A DNA stretch of 64,000 nucleotides from Styela clava (Eukaryota): assembly GCF_964204865.1 (NCBI RefSeq), contig NC_135262.1:10230001-10294000 (forward strand), given 5' to 3'. Shown piece after piece: positions 39,952-53,166 of this stretch; the first letter of the stretch is position 1; every line of letters begins with the position of its first letter. The translations under genes were made by a program, and so were the position numbers. A model generated the notes under the pieces. It worked only from the letters and a program-made list of their open reading frames with translations, was not told the DNA's origin and did no database searches.

Positions 39952-40248
39952 GAAAAATATGTACAAAGCTATTGGCAGTGTTATTGTGTTAAGATGCAGT
40001 GCATTTGGCCCATATAAACAGAGTAATGGTGAGTTGAAAAAAAGGATTAAAAATAGTGGAAGAAATGAACAAACTAAAGCTAACTTCTGAATTCAAAAAT
40101 TTTTAAAATATTGGATGATTGCCATTTAAAGATGTGGAAATATCGTTGGAAAAATGCTTCTAAAATGGTAAATCCATTTTTGCAGAAGATGATGAAAACA
40201 TACAATAAAATTGCTAAAACGAAGTCAAAAACACAACAGCATTTGATC

Positions 40249-43200
40249 TCACGAATAAGTTTTCTTTTTTGACCTTCGAGATGATCTTTTTCCTGTGGTA
40301 GTAGATGATGATTTTTCAAGGTCATTAGATCTTGCTCCAGTATTTCTGGACGATGTCTCACCATTAGTTGGTGAAATCATAGTTTCAAAGTTAGAGTCTG
40401 ATTCAGCGTAATTAGAGATCTCGTTCTCGATAGTCGAAGTTGCAACAATCAGATTAGAGCAAGAATCGAAAAGTTCGTGTTCTACAAATTCGACGCTGTG
40501 TCGTAGAATGCCAGTCAGTACAAATTCGTTTGTGACGACGCGGCAACCTGCTTTCACTGCTTTTGCACATGCTTTTTTGTCACTGGGTGTCGCAATGATC
40601 ACTGTATTCGGAGTTATTTCTTCCCTGCCAGACGAAGGCATTCTTGGTAGGATTTTAGCCCCCGCACATAATAAAACTTGATGCATTTGATCGGGTGGTG
40701 GAGACACATTTCGCATCACAAAAACGTTGAAATTATGAAACAGTGGGAATTCACTCTCTCTTGCTTTATTTAAAGTTTCTCCTAGCTTGAATTTGTATTT
40801 TTCTTGCAAAAATTCACCATTTGGCAGTTGGAAATCTTCCTTCAATTCAAAATCTTCTTCAGGTAGAAATCTAAACGAATAAAAATTGAATATTCTAGTT
40901 AGATTCATACAAATAATTCAACACATTTAAGATACAGTACAACTAGTAACTACAGGTTACAAGACTCCGATTAGCCAAAATATTGTTGATCATATTCAAC
41001 CTTAAACATATAAAATCATGATAACATACTACACAGCAAGTTAAATTAGGCCCCATGAACAGGCTCGCTAGTAGCAAAACAAGAGTTGGTAGGCTGTTTA
41101 TTGGTCCCTGACACCCCTTCATGACTGGAAACGGGCATTATTGCGCTACATTTCCTGTTATCATGACATTTTATAACAACTTTGAGCTTCCGTTTTTTAA
41201 ATTCAAGTTATTCATTACCATTACCAAATAACTGTTGCATATCGCAACATTGTTACGATTACACTATTCACTGTCGCATTATAAATGATACATTGCTCTA
41301 GTGATGATTGTCTATTTGTGAGTCATAAAAACTTAGTATTGATGCATGATTTAACTGTAGTGATGTTAATTCAACACAGTCAATCTAGATGTCTATACCA
41401 GCAACTGAGCTTTCAAATTCCTTCTCACAATCTTTTTTGAGTACTCCTGAAGTATGCGCACCAAGATGTCGCATAACCTGAACCATAAGCTGGTACACAA
41501 CCTTAGTTCAGGTTGTGCGCCATCTTGGTGCGCATACTTCAGGGTGTCCCTTCTTTGCTCCATGAGTCAATATATTTGGCAAAATTAAAAAATATAATGG
41601 AATGGGGGTTAATTTCACTTCAAGTTTGCGAAGGAGTGAGTGAAATGTGGGAATAATAGGTTGGCACATCATGCTACGCTGTTGGGAATACGTTTGCCAT
41701 TGCACCTATGATTACCCTGCACTGATTCAAATCCTGTAGGGAATTATTATGTGCAAGAGGATTGCTGGACTCTTCACCGTCGCATGAGGTTCAAGTAAAT
41801 GCTGGTCAGTTACGGGCTTACGGCTTTCTTATTTCCATGCATCTGAAACAAATAACTATTCTATACCCAATATGGACTGGTAACCAGATGAGAGGCCGTG
41901 TTTCGCCATATGATTACGACGTTTAAACCCCTTTCCCCTCCTATGGTATTAATATGAAAATCCTGTCCTATTCTAAAAATAGAAATAGCTAAAATAAAAA
42001 AATGTCTACCTTTGTTGTTGTGAAGATGATCTCAACCATTCTAATGTTACAATATGTAATCCTTTTGTAAGAGCACATAAAAATTTGATCGTTCTTCTCA
42101 TTTTATCTGTAACAAGGTGGGTACATTCACTGATATCTGTGACAAGAATTCCTCCGAGACTGACAACAATGCCTTCTGCAACATTGTCCAAAACACCTGA
42201 CAAACGAAAGATGAGGAAAATAACATTTGGCAAAAAGGTTTTCAATTAGAGAAGACTGAAAATTAAAACCATATTTTTAACCATGTAATGTGTTTTCAGT
42301 AAAGTAAAAAGACACATTCTGGCAATCATCTGGGACTGGTTCTCGTATTCTAATATCCTTGAGTGTCAATGATAACCAACTTAGTTTCCCACGACTTCCC
42401 TTCCGCAGGAAAATTACTTATTTTATATATAATATTACCTATATTACCTTGTTTAATTACTTGTTGAAAAGATGGAATAAAACATCAGACATTTTCGTAC
42501 TTCCAACTTTAATAGTTCTAATCACTAATATGACATAATGTGATCCTGTGAGCGCAATAGCATATCAGTTGAAGCGAGACTTAACCTCGGATTCAAATTC
42601 CACGACCTCCACCTCACTCAGGGTGTAATAAACTGAGTAGGCAGTGTTGAATCAGAAAAAACTCTGGTCGTTCAATTAAACAGGTCCTCGCATATCGTTA
42701 GATATCATTGGCGTGAATAAGCGTAATACTGAAAAAATAGCTCTGATGACTAATCAAACAGAATTCAATCAAGTGAAATAACAATTCTTAAATGTAAATA
42801 AATCTAGATAAGAGACAGAAGCTAACCTGTAAACATCACTTTAGGTTTTAATTTTTTAGGTCTGAGAGCCATTGCAACAGCATGTTGAAGATCGGAATCC
42901 ACTGACGTTTCTGATTTCACCTTTTTAGCTAAAAAAGATTAAAATGTTTGAGATAGACCAAGCAAGATTAAAATGTTTGAGATAGACCAAGCATAGACCA
43001 AGTAATCAGAATAGCAATAACAACATAGGAAGAAAGAAGTATAAAGTGACCCAAAAAATAGAAACCATAAATTTCTTGATTACTTCTATGAAATGAAGAA
43101 ACTTTATTCAAAACTTGAAACTCTTTTTGTGTATGATTGTACCATAGAGTTTGAGTAATCTAGTACGCTTTGCAAAAAATATGTTCCAAATAACATGGGT

Positions 43201-46200
43201 CAAGTGGGTTACATTTCTTTATGGTCTCCCTGTTAGATGGTTGAAGTTCAGGAAGAGGATGGGTTCATGGGTTCAACCCCCTATCTCAGGTGAACTAAAC
43301 TTTGCCAGGCAAACAAACGTCAAAGAAGTTCAAATTCAAAAAGTTCAATTGTGAGCTGATCAATTGCAAAATATTTAAAACAAACCAGAACTTCTTTGTG
43401 ATCTTTTTGCTGAAGATGTTGTAGAGTTAGATGAATTAGAAGACATTGAAGCATTTCTACGTTTTCTTTTTCCAACAACAGGTTTTGCAGATGCAGCAGG
43501 TTCAGGAGGCAAATTTATTGAAGATGTGGTTGATTCAGCAGTAACATTGCTATATATAGAAATTAAATAGTATTCTGATTCTTGAGTTATAAAAACGCAT
43601 CTGGTTGCCATAGGCTTAAGGTTCATTTGCCAGGATGTTTAACTTGTGCATCAGCACAAATGCAGTTTTGCAGAGGCTGGACCCATAACTATGAAATAGA
43701 AGTTTCAAGTTTTAAAATTCAACTTTTCAATATACGAATCTTTCCTGAAACTTTCAAACTAATATTAGAAATTAAATTGAAAAAAAAAATTATAAATTAA
43801 AAAGGATTTTATTATTTGTTTGGAGTATTAAAAAAAATATATAAATGTAAAAGAAATAGATGTTTAGGAACTGAAGCCACTAACATTTCTGGTAGAGTTG
43901 GCTCCAGTTTTATGGTAAGCTTGGTTCAAGCTGCAACAAAATATCATAACTCCATGGCTCTGGCTTCCCACCAGAGGTATTACTCAATGGTACATAAATA
44001 TGGGAACTACGGTCCTTGGAATGGCTATTGTATACAACAATACTCCTTATATAGATCCTTGAAATGTTACTGATAACAAAAATTGAGACTTTTTTCTCCA
44101 TAGGATTATATATTGATTCCAAAATTCGAAGCTACAGTCGAACTATACTTCGGAAATAATCCATAACAAAAAACAAACAAATAGGTAAACCTTATGCAGA
44201 GATAAACAAAATGAATAATGCAAAACTTTGTACTTTGTCGAGTAAATACCACACAACGGTGGTATTAGTAGAATACTCCTTTAGCCGCAATGAGTTGAAT
44301 AGAAAGATTTGATCTACAAATATTAAAGCGAAAGACTTCACCATCTAGTTTAATTTGTAATGGTTTAGCAGTTAAAATAGGCATATTATATTGTAATACC
44401 TCCTGAGTTAACCCTTCTTTCACATTATTGATATAGCTTTCAACTATTTAAAGAAACTGATTTACAATGGTAAGTAAGGGTTTTGGTTAGTTATCAAGTT
44501 TCTATCAGTGATACAGTTAATGTTGTGCCTCTGAAGAATATTACTTATTATATCATAAGAATTAAAACCACTCACAGAAAACTTGAGTCTTGTTAACAAA
44601 ATGACTTAAACCAGACTCGATAGCCAAAAGAGATACCCAAAATTCAATTTTCAGAAAGTAAATCAAATAGCAAAAAATGCAATGAGATACAATATACCAC
44701 ACCAATGAACTTGAAAATTCATACAAGCTTGTTGCAGCAGTAACCCAAAATGCCTCATGTTGATGCAAATGAAAATGTTGTCAATACATGATTGAACCCT
44801 GGTTTGAGTTTTCAAAATAGCGTTGGTTTGATCATTGTCAATGAAATTCATTTGGGAAATGTACTATGAATTCGGTATTTTTATTGAATGCAGTGTCTCA
44901 AACTTCAAAATTAAGTAGGTATTGGACCTGACTAAGATGACTCTACCTGATTCACTCCCACGATTTGGGGGCTTGTACCTTACACTGTCTAAGATGCAAG
45001 GCCAAAAAAGTACACATACCGGTAGGTTGTATCAAGATGTTGTATCGATCTAGCAAGATAACATTTACCTGGTAACACACTCTTGTTTAACAGTTACATC
45101 ATCCTGTTTTTTCTTTGCTCTTGCGCTTATTCTTCTATTAGAAGAGCTAGGTACTTCATCAACTATTTGATGACTTTTTGAAGCTCTTGTATTTCTGGTT
45201 TGTTTTGTTGTTATAGCCTCAAAAGCATCTGAAATATTTAAAAATAGAATTTACCATCTGCGCACATGCACCATTTAACTATTAGATTTTGCTTTGTAAA
45301 TTGAACTGAAGGCTAAACTGTGGGTTATCATTTGTGCAAGTGCACCGCTTATTAACTATTAGATTTTAATGCCTAGTAAACTGAATTAAAGACTAAATTG
45401 TATAATCAATGTTTCAACACGATATGTTAAATTTCAACCGTAAAGGAGGCAATATTCAAAATTCTGAATTTCCCAGAGCTGGGTATTAAAATTTCAGACT
45501 CACAAAGTAATAAAAGAAGTCAAATAAGCATCAAGTTTACCAAGTGTTCTTAACAGTCTAATAAAGAAGGCTTGCATACCAATCAAATTTTTTATTAACC
45601 AGAGCCGGGAGTTAGAACCAAAAATTCTCTTTTGTTCAGGTTTGGGAGTTAAATGTAAACTTTCCTGGGCTCAGACTGGGTGATTGTTGAGATATAAATT
45701 GACTGTTAATTATGAACAAATCACTACTGGTTATAAGTTGAAATTTCCGCCGTTTATAAAATGGAATCTGTTTTTTTCCCATTTCCAATCATCCTACAAT
45801 AACTAGATATACACAATGAGTAAAACTGGGCTAAGCATTGACCCTTGGTAACCACCATGGTCATGCAGAATGGAGTGTAACTGTAAGACTTATTCCCGTT
45901 GCTATAATATAGTATTAGTTTGTATGTGATTACCTTTTTCATTGATGTTGCTACATCCTGGTGCCTCTTTCTCCTCTATAAGTATGTCGCCATTTTCATC
46001 CTCTATGTTGTTTTCTGAAACTACTCCAGCAACTTTATTTTTATTTCTTGTTGCCCGGGTTGTTTTTTCCTTAATGACTTTTGAAGATGTTGGTAAATTG
46101 GCATTAATGTTTTCTTTGATTTCATCTTCTTTATTTCTTTGTTCACTATTCCTTGTTTTTCTACTGCTTTTTGTCGAAATGTCTGCAACACTCGACTTCA

Positions 46201-49200
46201 CTTCAGCATTTTCATTTGTTAGACTATGGTTAGGTTCGTTCCCCACAGTTTCAATTTTTTCGGTTACAACCAAACAAGATTTTTTGGAAGGCCCAGTTTT
46301 ATGGTTCGCAGAACTGCTACTTTCAGTAAATTCGGTCATAACAGCATCTTCAGAAATTGAAAAGGACGAAGATGGCTTTTCTATTGAAACTAGTTCCGAG
46401 TTCTTACTGAATTTGCCACCTCCAATACTTTCCTCCAACAGCACCTCATTGCTGCGTTTGGCGTTTATTTTGGAGCATGAATTTCTGGTTGTTCTTGTCC
46501 TAGGTTCAATAAAACTGCTACTTTCAGTAAATTCAGTCGATGCAGCCTTTTCAGAAACTGGCAAAGATGTTGATGGTCGCTCATTTGAGTTGTTGTTCAA
46601 TATCACATCATTATTTTCTTTTGATTTTATTGTGTTTGAACGTGACTTTCTTGTGGTTCTTGTCATAGGTTCCACAAAACTGCTGCTTTCTGTAAATTCA
46701 GTCGATGCAGTGTTTCCAGAAACTGGCAAAGATGGAGACGGTTGCTCAATTGAGTCTGTCTTTGATTTGATCGCATCCTTACTGTATTTTCTATTTTCAG
46801 TATTTTCCGGTTCATTATTGTTCAATATCACTTCATCTTTTTCTTTTGATTCCGTTCTTTTAGACTGTGACTTTCTGGTAGTTCTTGTTTTTGGATTCAC
46901 TGAACTGCCATCTTCAACAGATGTCAACGTAGTGTTTTCGGAAACGGTCATGGATGTAGATGGTTTTTCAGTTGCCTTCATTTCAGTTTTCTTTTTCGAA
47001 TCAGATTTGAGAGATTTCTTTGTCTTTTTTTCTTCTTTCAAAGAAGACAATGTTTCAGTATTATCTTCTTTTCCTTTCGCTATACTAGCGTAATCTTTTC
47101 GTGAAGTCCTTCTCGATTTCCGTACAGGTTCTATAGGAGCATCACTTGTCAAGGCCGATGAAGCACTTCTAGAATTCTCTCTTCTGCTAATTTTGGGTTT
47201 AGTTTTATTATTAGTGGTGACAGGTTTAATTGCCGATTTTGTTTCAACATCCTCAACAGCATGTAAGACATCGTAGAGCTCAGAATGTGATTCCTCTTTG
47301 ATATCATCTGAGTAAGATGATGGTTGTAAAACATATGATTGGGTTTCCATTTGATCATTTTGTTTTACTATACGATGCAGATTTATGTTTTTTTCTTCAG
47401 TAATTTCATCTTTTTGAAATGGGTTATTTTTAATGTATGTTGGAGTCGGCTCAATTTCCTCAGAATTTTCTGAATTTTTTGATTCAAAGCTGGTAGTCTG
47501 TATTATAGCATGAGATTGTGTCGGCGTAATATCATTTTCACATTCCTCTTTATTCATTACAATGGGAACTGATGACAATTTTTCAAGTACAGAATTAGAA
47601 GGGCAAATATATGACTGCGTCGCAGCCATAGCTTCGTCGTTATCTTGTTGACTATGACAGTTAGCAGAATCCATTTTCCTTTCATGTAGAACCAGATTTT
47701 TGTCAACAACAGGTTCCTCGATCAATAAAGAAGTCAAATTTTCAACTTCTACATTCGTACTTCCGTCTTTATAATCTAGCTTAAGAAAACTTTCTTTGAC
47801 AACATTTTTATTCTCATCTATTACCACACTATCAGAAAAATCTCTTGAATTGCCCTGAATATCCTGATCACTCGTGAAAACTGTGTGATCGGTATCGCTA
47901 TTCGTATCTTTTTTTGAAGCATTTGAAGGTAAATTTACATTGGAATGAACATTTGCTGGTTCAGCTTCAGAAGATTGCAAATCTGTACTTTTAGTTCCTT
48001 GTTGGCCTATCTCAGAAGAAGTTGATGCGGCAATATTTTCAGACATATCTACATCCATTTCATAAACCTGAGTTTCGCATTCATTGTCTTCTATTTTATC
48101 TAAATATGAAGGCGAAACGTCTTTAATTTCATCGTTTTCAGTGGCATCAAGATCATCAAAATCATAAACTTGTGTTTCCTGGTCATCAATATTCTCTTCT
48201 TCCAACAATTGATCTTTATGAGAACTTGATTGTATTTCGGACTCACCGTTAGAGTCATCTTTCTTTGGTGGGAGATTAATCTGCAAAGTAGCATCAGGTA
48301 ATATGGTGCCTTCATTATTATTCTGTATTGAATTCTCCTTTGGTATAAGAAAATCATCATTCTCAGAATCAGGAACCTTAACGTTTGTTGATGGAACAAT
48401 GGTATCTCCATTATAACTGTTTTCCTTGTTTATTTTCTGATTCGCTTCATTGGTCGTTGCAGTACATGCAACGCTTTCTCTGTTAGAAGATGCATTAAGA
48501 ATGCGGTTAACCAGATTTTCATTTCCATTACTATCTGCTTGATCCACAGACGATATAGGATCAAGTGTTAGCTCTGTGTACATGGATGCATGCACAGTCG
48601 TCTCATTTGACCTAACTAAAGGTGGAGTAACATCATCGCTGTCGTTTTGCGGTTTATTTTTTTCTTTAGTAACTAGGGGTATGGTATCGAAGGGTTCTGT
48701 GTCTATTGTAACTTCCGAAAGACCACTCTGTTCATTTTTAATAACGGCCGCACTAAATCCGGAGTTTTCATCTGCACTGATAGTAGAGCTCTGTAACAAT
48801 AAAGAATCGTTAGGTTGTATAGAATCATCTAATCTATCTTTAGTTGAAATTTCCATATTTTCATCTTCCTCTAAAGGTATTGTAGATTCTCCTACATCTT
48901 GAATAATAGAATCTCCTACATCTGGCATATGCTCCTGCTTTAGAACATCTAGCTCCTTTGCAGATAATTTTGTTGCAGACTTAGGGCTTTTCATGCATCC
49001 TGGAAATGCTTGTGTAGCCATGTTGAAGATCATAGAATCTACCATTCCTTCATCTTCTGCATCCTCATCTTCCTCTGAAACAAGATTGGCACCAAAACCT
49101 TGTGTTTCCATCATGCCTAAAGTGTCTTCCATATTCCGTGATGCACCTCCTGAGAATCCTTGGGTGCATAAGTCATCAAATGCATCACGCATCACTGGAG

Positions 49201-52200
49201 AAGAAGAATCATGATTCGATTCAATATTATCCTGTTCAACATCTTTAACACCTCCAGCTTCTTCCTCCATGCCTTCGGATGCAAGAGAATCCAAGTTAAC
49301 AGATAAAATGGCTTCATCATCAGTGTCAGAGGAATGAGTAGAACCAGCTGGATTCTCTGCTTTAGAGGATGGTCCAGGAATGTCAATTTCGGGACATGGA
49401 GATGTCTTATTCTTGTTAGATGGAATCGAGAACATCTGTGTTTGAAGAGTATCCAGCTGAAAACAATAAATAAACATATAAAAAATGAATGCTTTGTGGC
49501 AGGCCTGCACAACTCAAATTACCCCGAGGGCCGCAAATCTGGAGGCACGGTGGGCCGCAAACTTTGCCACATACATATTTCACAAGATGAACCACAAATC
49601 AAAATAATATTGTGAAACAGTTAAATTTGATGAAACACTTTCATTACTGTGGAGCTTAAAAATATGGAGAATCTTATTTTCTTGAGTAAAAAACAAGGTA
49701 CAGTATTTTTGCATATGAGATGGCAAATATGTATTTAGTGGTTCATCTACCTTGAAAACCTTCCCCTAATTTTCAATATTTCTTTTTTATTAGAATTAGA
49801 TATTGCGTGTTGCAGTATAAACTGACTGCAGAAAAATATTTTACTCAGGTTCAGTTTTGTAAAATCGTCCCAAATATATGTATGACAATTTATTTAGTCG
49901 TATCTACCATAATTGGATATTTCCCTGTAGGCTGGACCGGGGCTACTCAACTGGCGGACCGCGGTCCGAACCTTTCGACTATTTAATTTGGACCGCATCT
50001 GCTTGTTTATTTCGGCAGCATAAGCATCGTTTTATAGTTTTAGATGATTTTTGATACCATTTACATACTTACACAGTGTGTCGTACTGGTACCAATTTGT
50101 GTCCATATTTGCGAGCCATTCATTACTCTTCTATTTAATTTAATATTGCATTTGAAGTTTCGTTTATTTAATGAAATAAATTTTCTATAATGTCCGACCC
50201 CGGTAATTTTGAATTTTCCCAAACGAGGTGAAAATAGTTAAGTAGCCCTGGGCTAGACAAACAATCCGTTTAGTGGCAATGAAAATTCCTTATGTTGCAC
50301 TTTTTTGACTGTTAAATTACATTTTTCTACAAAATCTGCTCCAATTTATTTGAAATTTAAATAGCAAAATCTTTTGTGCAAGAATTTTTGCACCATTCAT
50401 AAATGAAGGAATTGTTTTTTAAGTTGTAAATTTGAATCAAAAAACAAACTTCAGTTTCATAAACTGCTAGTTAAAAATAATGAGGCTATCAATAGGTTGT
50501 TAATATGCACTAATGGGTGTGAGATTGTATACAGATATTGTTTTAAGCGTGATTCAGTCTGAATACTGAGATATCTAAATCAGGGTTTCCCAATTTGGGG
50601 GGGAAGGGGTCGAGCGACGAATTTTAGGGGTCGCGAAGGGCACACCTATTTCACACAAAGATCGATATTTATTGAAACTAGTGCAAAACATTTCGATTAT
50701 GATCAGAGTAGCGGCGCGCTTGCATAACAATGCCGACTTTGATTGTTAGACCCAAGAAGTGGCGTGCTTCCAAATCAACCGCGGGCCGCACAGAAGTATC
50801 CAGCGGGCTGTGTGTTTTGCAGGCCTACTTTATGGTCATGGCATATGCGTGGCTAGTTTTCATTGTATACAATAATGCACAAGCAGGTAATGGCAAATAA
50901 CTTTGATATTGAACAACATTTTGAATGTCCGTACATACAGGCTCGATTACTGGCGCATTGCACAACTGTTAGGAAAATGCTTGGAATTGTACCTTTGATT
51001 ACCATATGTGTAAGTTCTAATTCTGTTGAAAGATATGTGCGAATAATTTGCTGGTAACCTAGCCATAATAGGACGGTTCACGTAAGCAATGGTTAGTTAC
51101 AGGCTTCAACATCCTCCATCATCAAGTCCACACAAAGAAAAATACTGTATTGCCCCAGGTGTATTTAGAATACACCTGCAATGCAGTATTAAAATTTTTC
51201 ATGTACATGATGCTGCAGAGTGCAGACTGATGAAAGGCCGACTATATGCAAAAATTAATAGCAAGAATTGATTTTGGCGACGTCTGGTACACTCCAATGC
51301 AAGCCATAATAAGGATATAATTTTCATATCTATCCCAAGGTAAAGGGAAAGCCGACAAGATGACTTAATCTTCAGGCAAATCACAGCCTCCAGACCGGTT
51401 TCATGTAGATTTCAGGGGGATACCGAAATAGCAACCTAGTCACTTGCAGAAGCATGGAATTGATTGCGAAGAAAGCTGTAACTGACTTGTGTTACATGAA
51501 CCATAACAATGAGAAGTACAGCAATTCTATCTCACATAATTATCACTGTGAGATTTGTGCCAAATAACCCACAATGGGGTACTCAAAAGTGTAATGGCAA
51601 GTGTGTTCCTAAGGCTTACAATGATGCGCTAAGCGTCATTGCATTTTCATGAAAAGAAAAACAAATTCTTACATCTTTTATCATTGACATTTCTTCATCT
51701 TCAGTGTCACTATCAGAAATATTATCGATATTAAGTTTCACAGAATCCTTGTTTTTATCATTAGTATCAGCAGAGACTTGAGAACTTTTTCCACTTGTCA
51801 ACTCGATCGTATCAGCTTCATAAACATCTTCTGATACTAAATCGCCTTTCTGATTTGTGAAAGCTGCAATGGTTGCATTGTCTTCCATGTCTGGAAATCA
51901 AATCAAAATTGAAAGAAAGAAGTGTTTATCTGATGGCATAATACATTCTCCCATACGCTCCAAACGAGGCTCTCTGCAAGCAACCATAGATATCTTAACC
52001 AATAGTCCATCGTGCTTACGAATTATTGAGAACATTTGCATGAAAAATCAGAAATCTATTACAAAAATGCCAAAAACTACCAAAATATTAATAACAAGAG
52101 AGCTATGCTCAAATATAAGGACACGTAGCCCACATAATTTTGATGCTGTCATAGCAAAAAATATAATCTTTACCCAATGGAAATTTCAAAGCAATTGGTC

Positions 52201-53166
52201 AAGTAATCAAAGAGAAAAGCGAACAACATAATATTGAAACGATCGTTATGTCCACTACGTGTCCAACAATGAAAAGCAACAACTAAAGATACCAACCTGT
52301 GTCACTATCTTCATGATAATCTGTCTCATCATCGCTAGCATCACTGGCAGGCACATGAGAAACATTTGCGGGTAAATCAGCACCACCTGAAGTTGTTATT
52401 TGTCCATCATTTGACTGTAATAATATTTTAAATTGTTAGTAAAATGTAAACTTACTTTATGAAACTATATGTTAGCTGTGAGAGTATAATGAACAAAATA
52501 TAACATTGTGCCAGTGTAAATTGATTGCAAATTTCAATTGTTTTTTTTTACAATGGCTGCTCTGAACAAGGCTCTGCGGAAGCAGTCATTGCCAGGTAAA
52601 AAGATAATATTAGTTTGAAAAGCCGGAAAACTTTTCTGTCCGGTATTGCCTGACCAATGTATTACATCCTGGCTACAGTGGTGGGGATGGGATTTGAACC
52701 CAAGATTTTAATCTGTGACGCCATCATAGCTAAGTCTAACGCTTTACATCCTGGCTACAGTGATGGGGATGGGATTTGAACCCAAGATTTTAATCTGTGA
52801 TGCCATCATAGCAAAGTCTAACGCTTTATTAATAACCACTAGTCCTCCACCACCAAATTATGACAAAGTGAGTTTGTTAATACACAATTCAAATAAAAAT
52901 GAATTTTGTGTTATATAGGAACCTCTATAGTAGTGGTTCTCAAACTTTCATTTATTTACGTTTCGTCCAGATATTTTCAACGCGTTTCTGGAATAAAGTA
53001 TACATCTGCCTTGTTAGAAATTGATCTATTATTAATCTATAATAAACATTAAATAGGTACCGGTATATGAAACAAATCTATTAAGAATTTGTACCTGAGC
53101 CTTTTCTATGGTTTCATCCAAGTTAAATATTGGAAGTGGAGATGAAGTAGAAGCTGTTGCTTTTCC
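40249..53166 (-). CDS. MDC1: Mediator of DNA damage checkpoint protein 1 (5'-partial; FHA exons not found in the window)
   Basis: Exons 53095-53166, 52297-52414, 51673-51890, 45934-49456, 45069-45228, 43386-43549, 42827-42928, 42010-42196 and 40249-40870 join in frame. Tandem BRCT KPKVMFTGVLD...CTHLVTDKMRRTIKFLCAL...EWL / VSPPPDQMHQVLLCAGAKIL...EFVLTGILR closely follows the MDC1 BRCT pair. SDT motifs and TQxF motifs lie upstream. Confidence 0.9.
41444..41544. mobile_element. Short palindromic MITE, same family as 10103-10204
   Basis: CTCCTGAAGTATGCGCACCAAGATG ... CATCTTGGTGCGCATACTTCAGG inverted termini. Confidence 0.75.
41660..41975 (+). mobile_element. SINE family A (tRNA-like head, AATCCTGTCCTATT-type tail)
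   Basis: B-box-like GATTCAAATCC, then body GAGGATTGCTGGACTC...GGTCAGTTACGG...GAGAGGCCGTG..TCGCCATATGATTA. Other copies at about 1-18/1207-1320 (-), 39620-39930 (+, decayed), 51060-51135 (+), 51310-51560 (-) and 58715-58899/59645-59680 (-). Confidence 0.7.
42935..43002. repeat. 29-bp tandem duplication next to an MDC1 splice acceptor
   Basis: AAGATTAAAATGTTTGAGATAGACCAAGC at 42935-42963 and 42964-42992, plus a partial third copy. Confidence 0.85.
49500..50827. mobile_element. Non-autonomous hAT element containing nested MITEs
   Basis: TIRs CAGGCCTGCACAAC and GTTTTGCAGGCCTA. 8-bp TSD CTTTGTGG (49492-49499) and CTTTATGG (50828-50835). GGGCCGC subterminal motifs. Confidence 0.75.
49938..50250. 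mobile_element. hAT MITE nested in the 49500-50827 element
   Basis: TIRs CGGGGCTACTCAACT and AGTTAAGTAGCCCTG. TSD GGCTGGAC (49930-49937) and GGCTAGAC (50251-50258). Confidence 0.78.
52092..52268. mobile_element. Short interspersed element with subterminal inverted repeats (Helentron/HINE-like, tentative)
   Basis: GGACACGTAG near 52119 and CTACGTGTCC near 52255 are inverted. Starts ACAAGAGAGCTATGCTCAAAT in an A-rich context. Confidence 0.4.
52555..52850 (-). mobile_element. SINE family B (tRNA-derived head) with an internal 82-bp tandem duplication
   Basis: On - strand: AAAGCGTTAGACT...GGGTTCAAATCCC (B box)...GGATGTAAT..ATTGGTCAGGCAAT...CCTTGTTCAGAGC. Unit duplicated at 52662-52743 and 52744-52825. 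Related copies at about 4770-4870, 10600-10790, 32470-32620, 42560-42660, 53560-53720, 54890-55060, 56650-56790, 57150-57270, 62420-62600 and 63640-63735. Confidence 0.72.

Noticed and set aside
36929-40248. Possible operon or trans-splice linkage of MDC1 and the receptor gene (same strand, acceptor at 37002-37003 upstream of the ATG)
   Set aside because: About 3 kb of repeat-containing spacer, and a plausible cis donor (GTATGA at 37094-37099) explains the acceptor as a 5' UTR intron.
45942-47093. 383-aa + strand ORF
   Set aside because: Antisense shadow of the repetitive S/T/E/K-rich MDC1 exon; Phe/Leu/Ser-biased with no domain features.
52680-52850. tRNA-like A/B boxes (also near 53580, 54975, 56715, 57200, 63700)
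   Set aside because: No complete cloverleaf, and each is attached to a shared downstream body, so they are SINE heads rather than tRNA genes.
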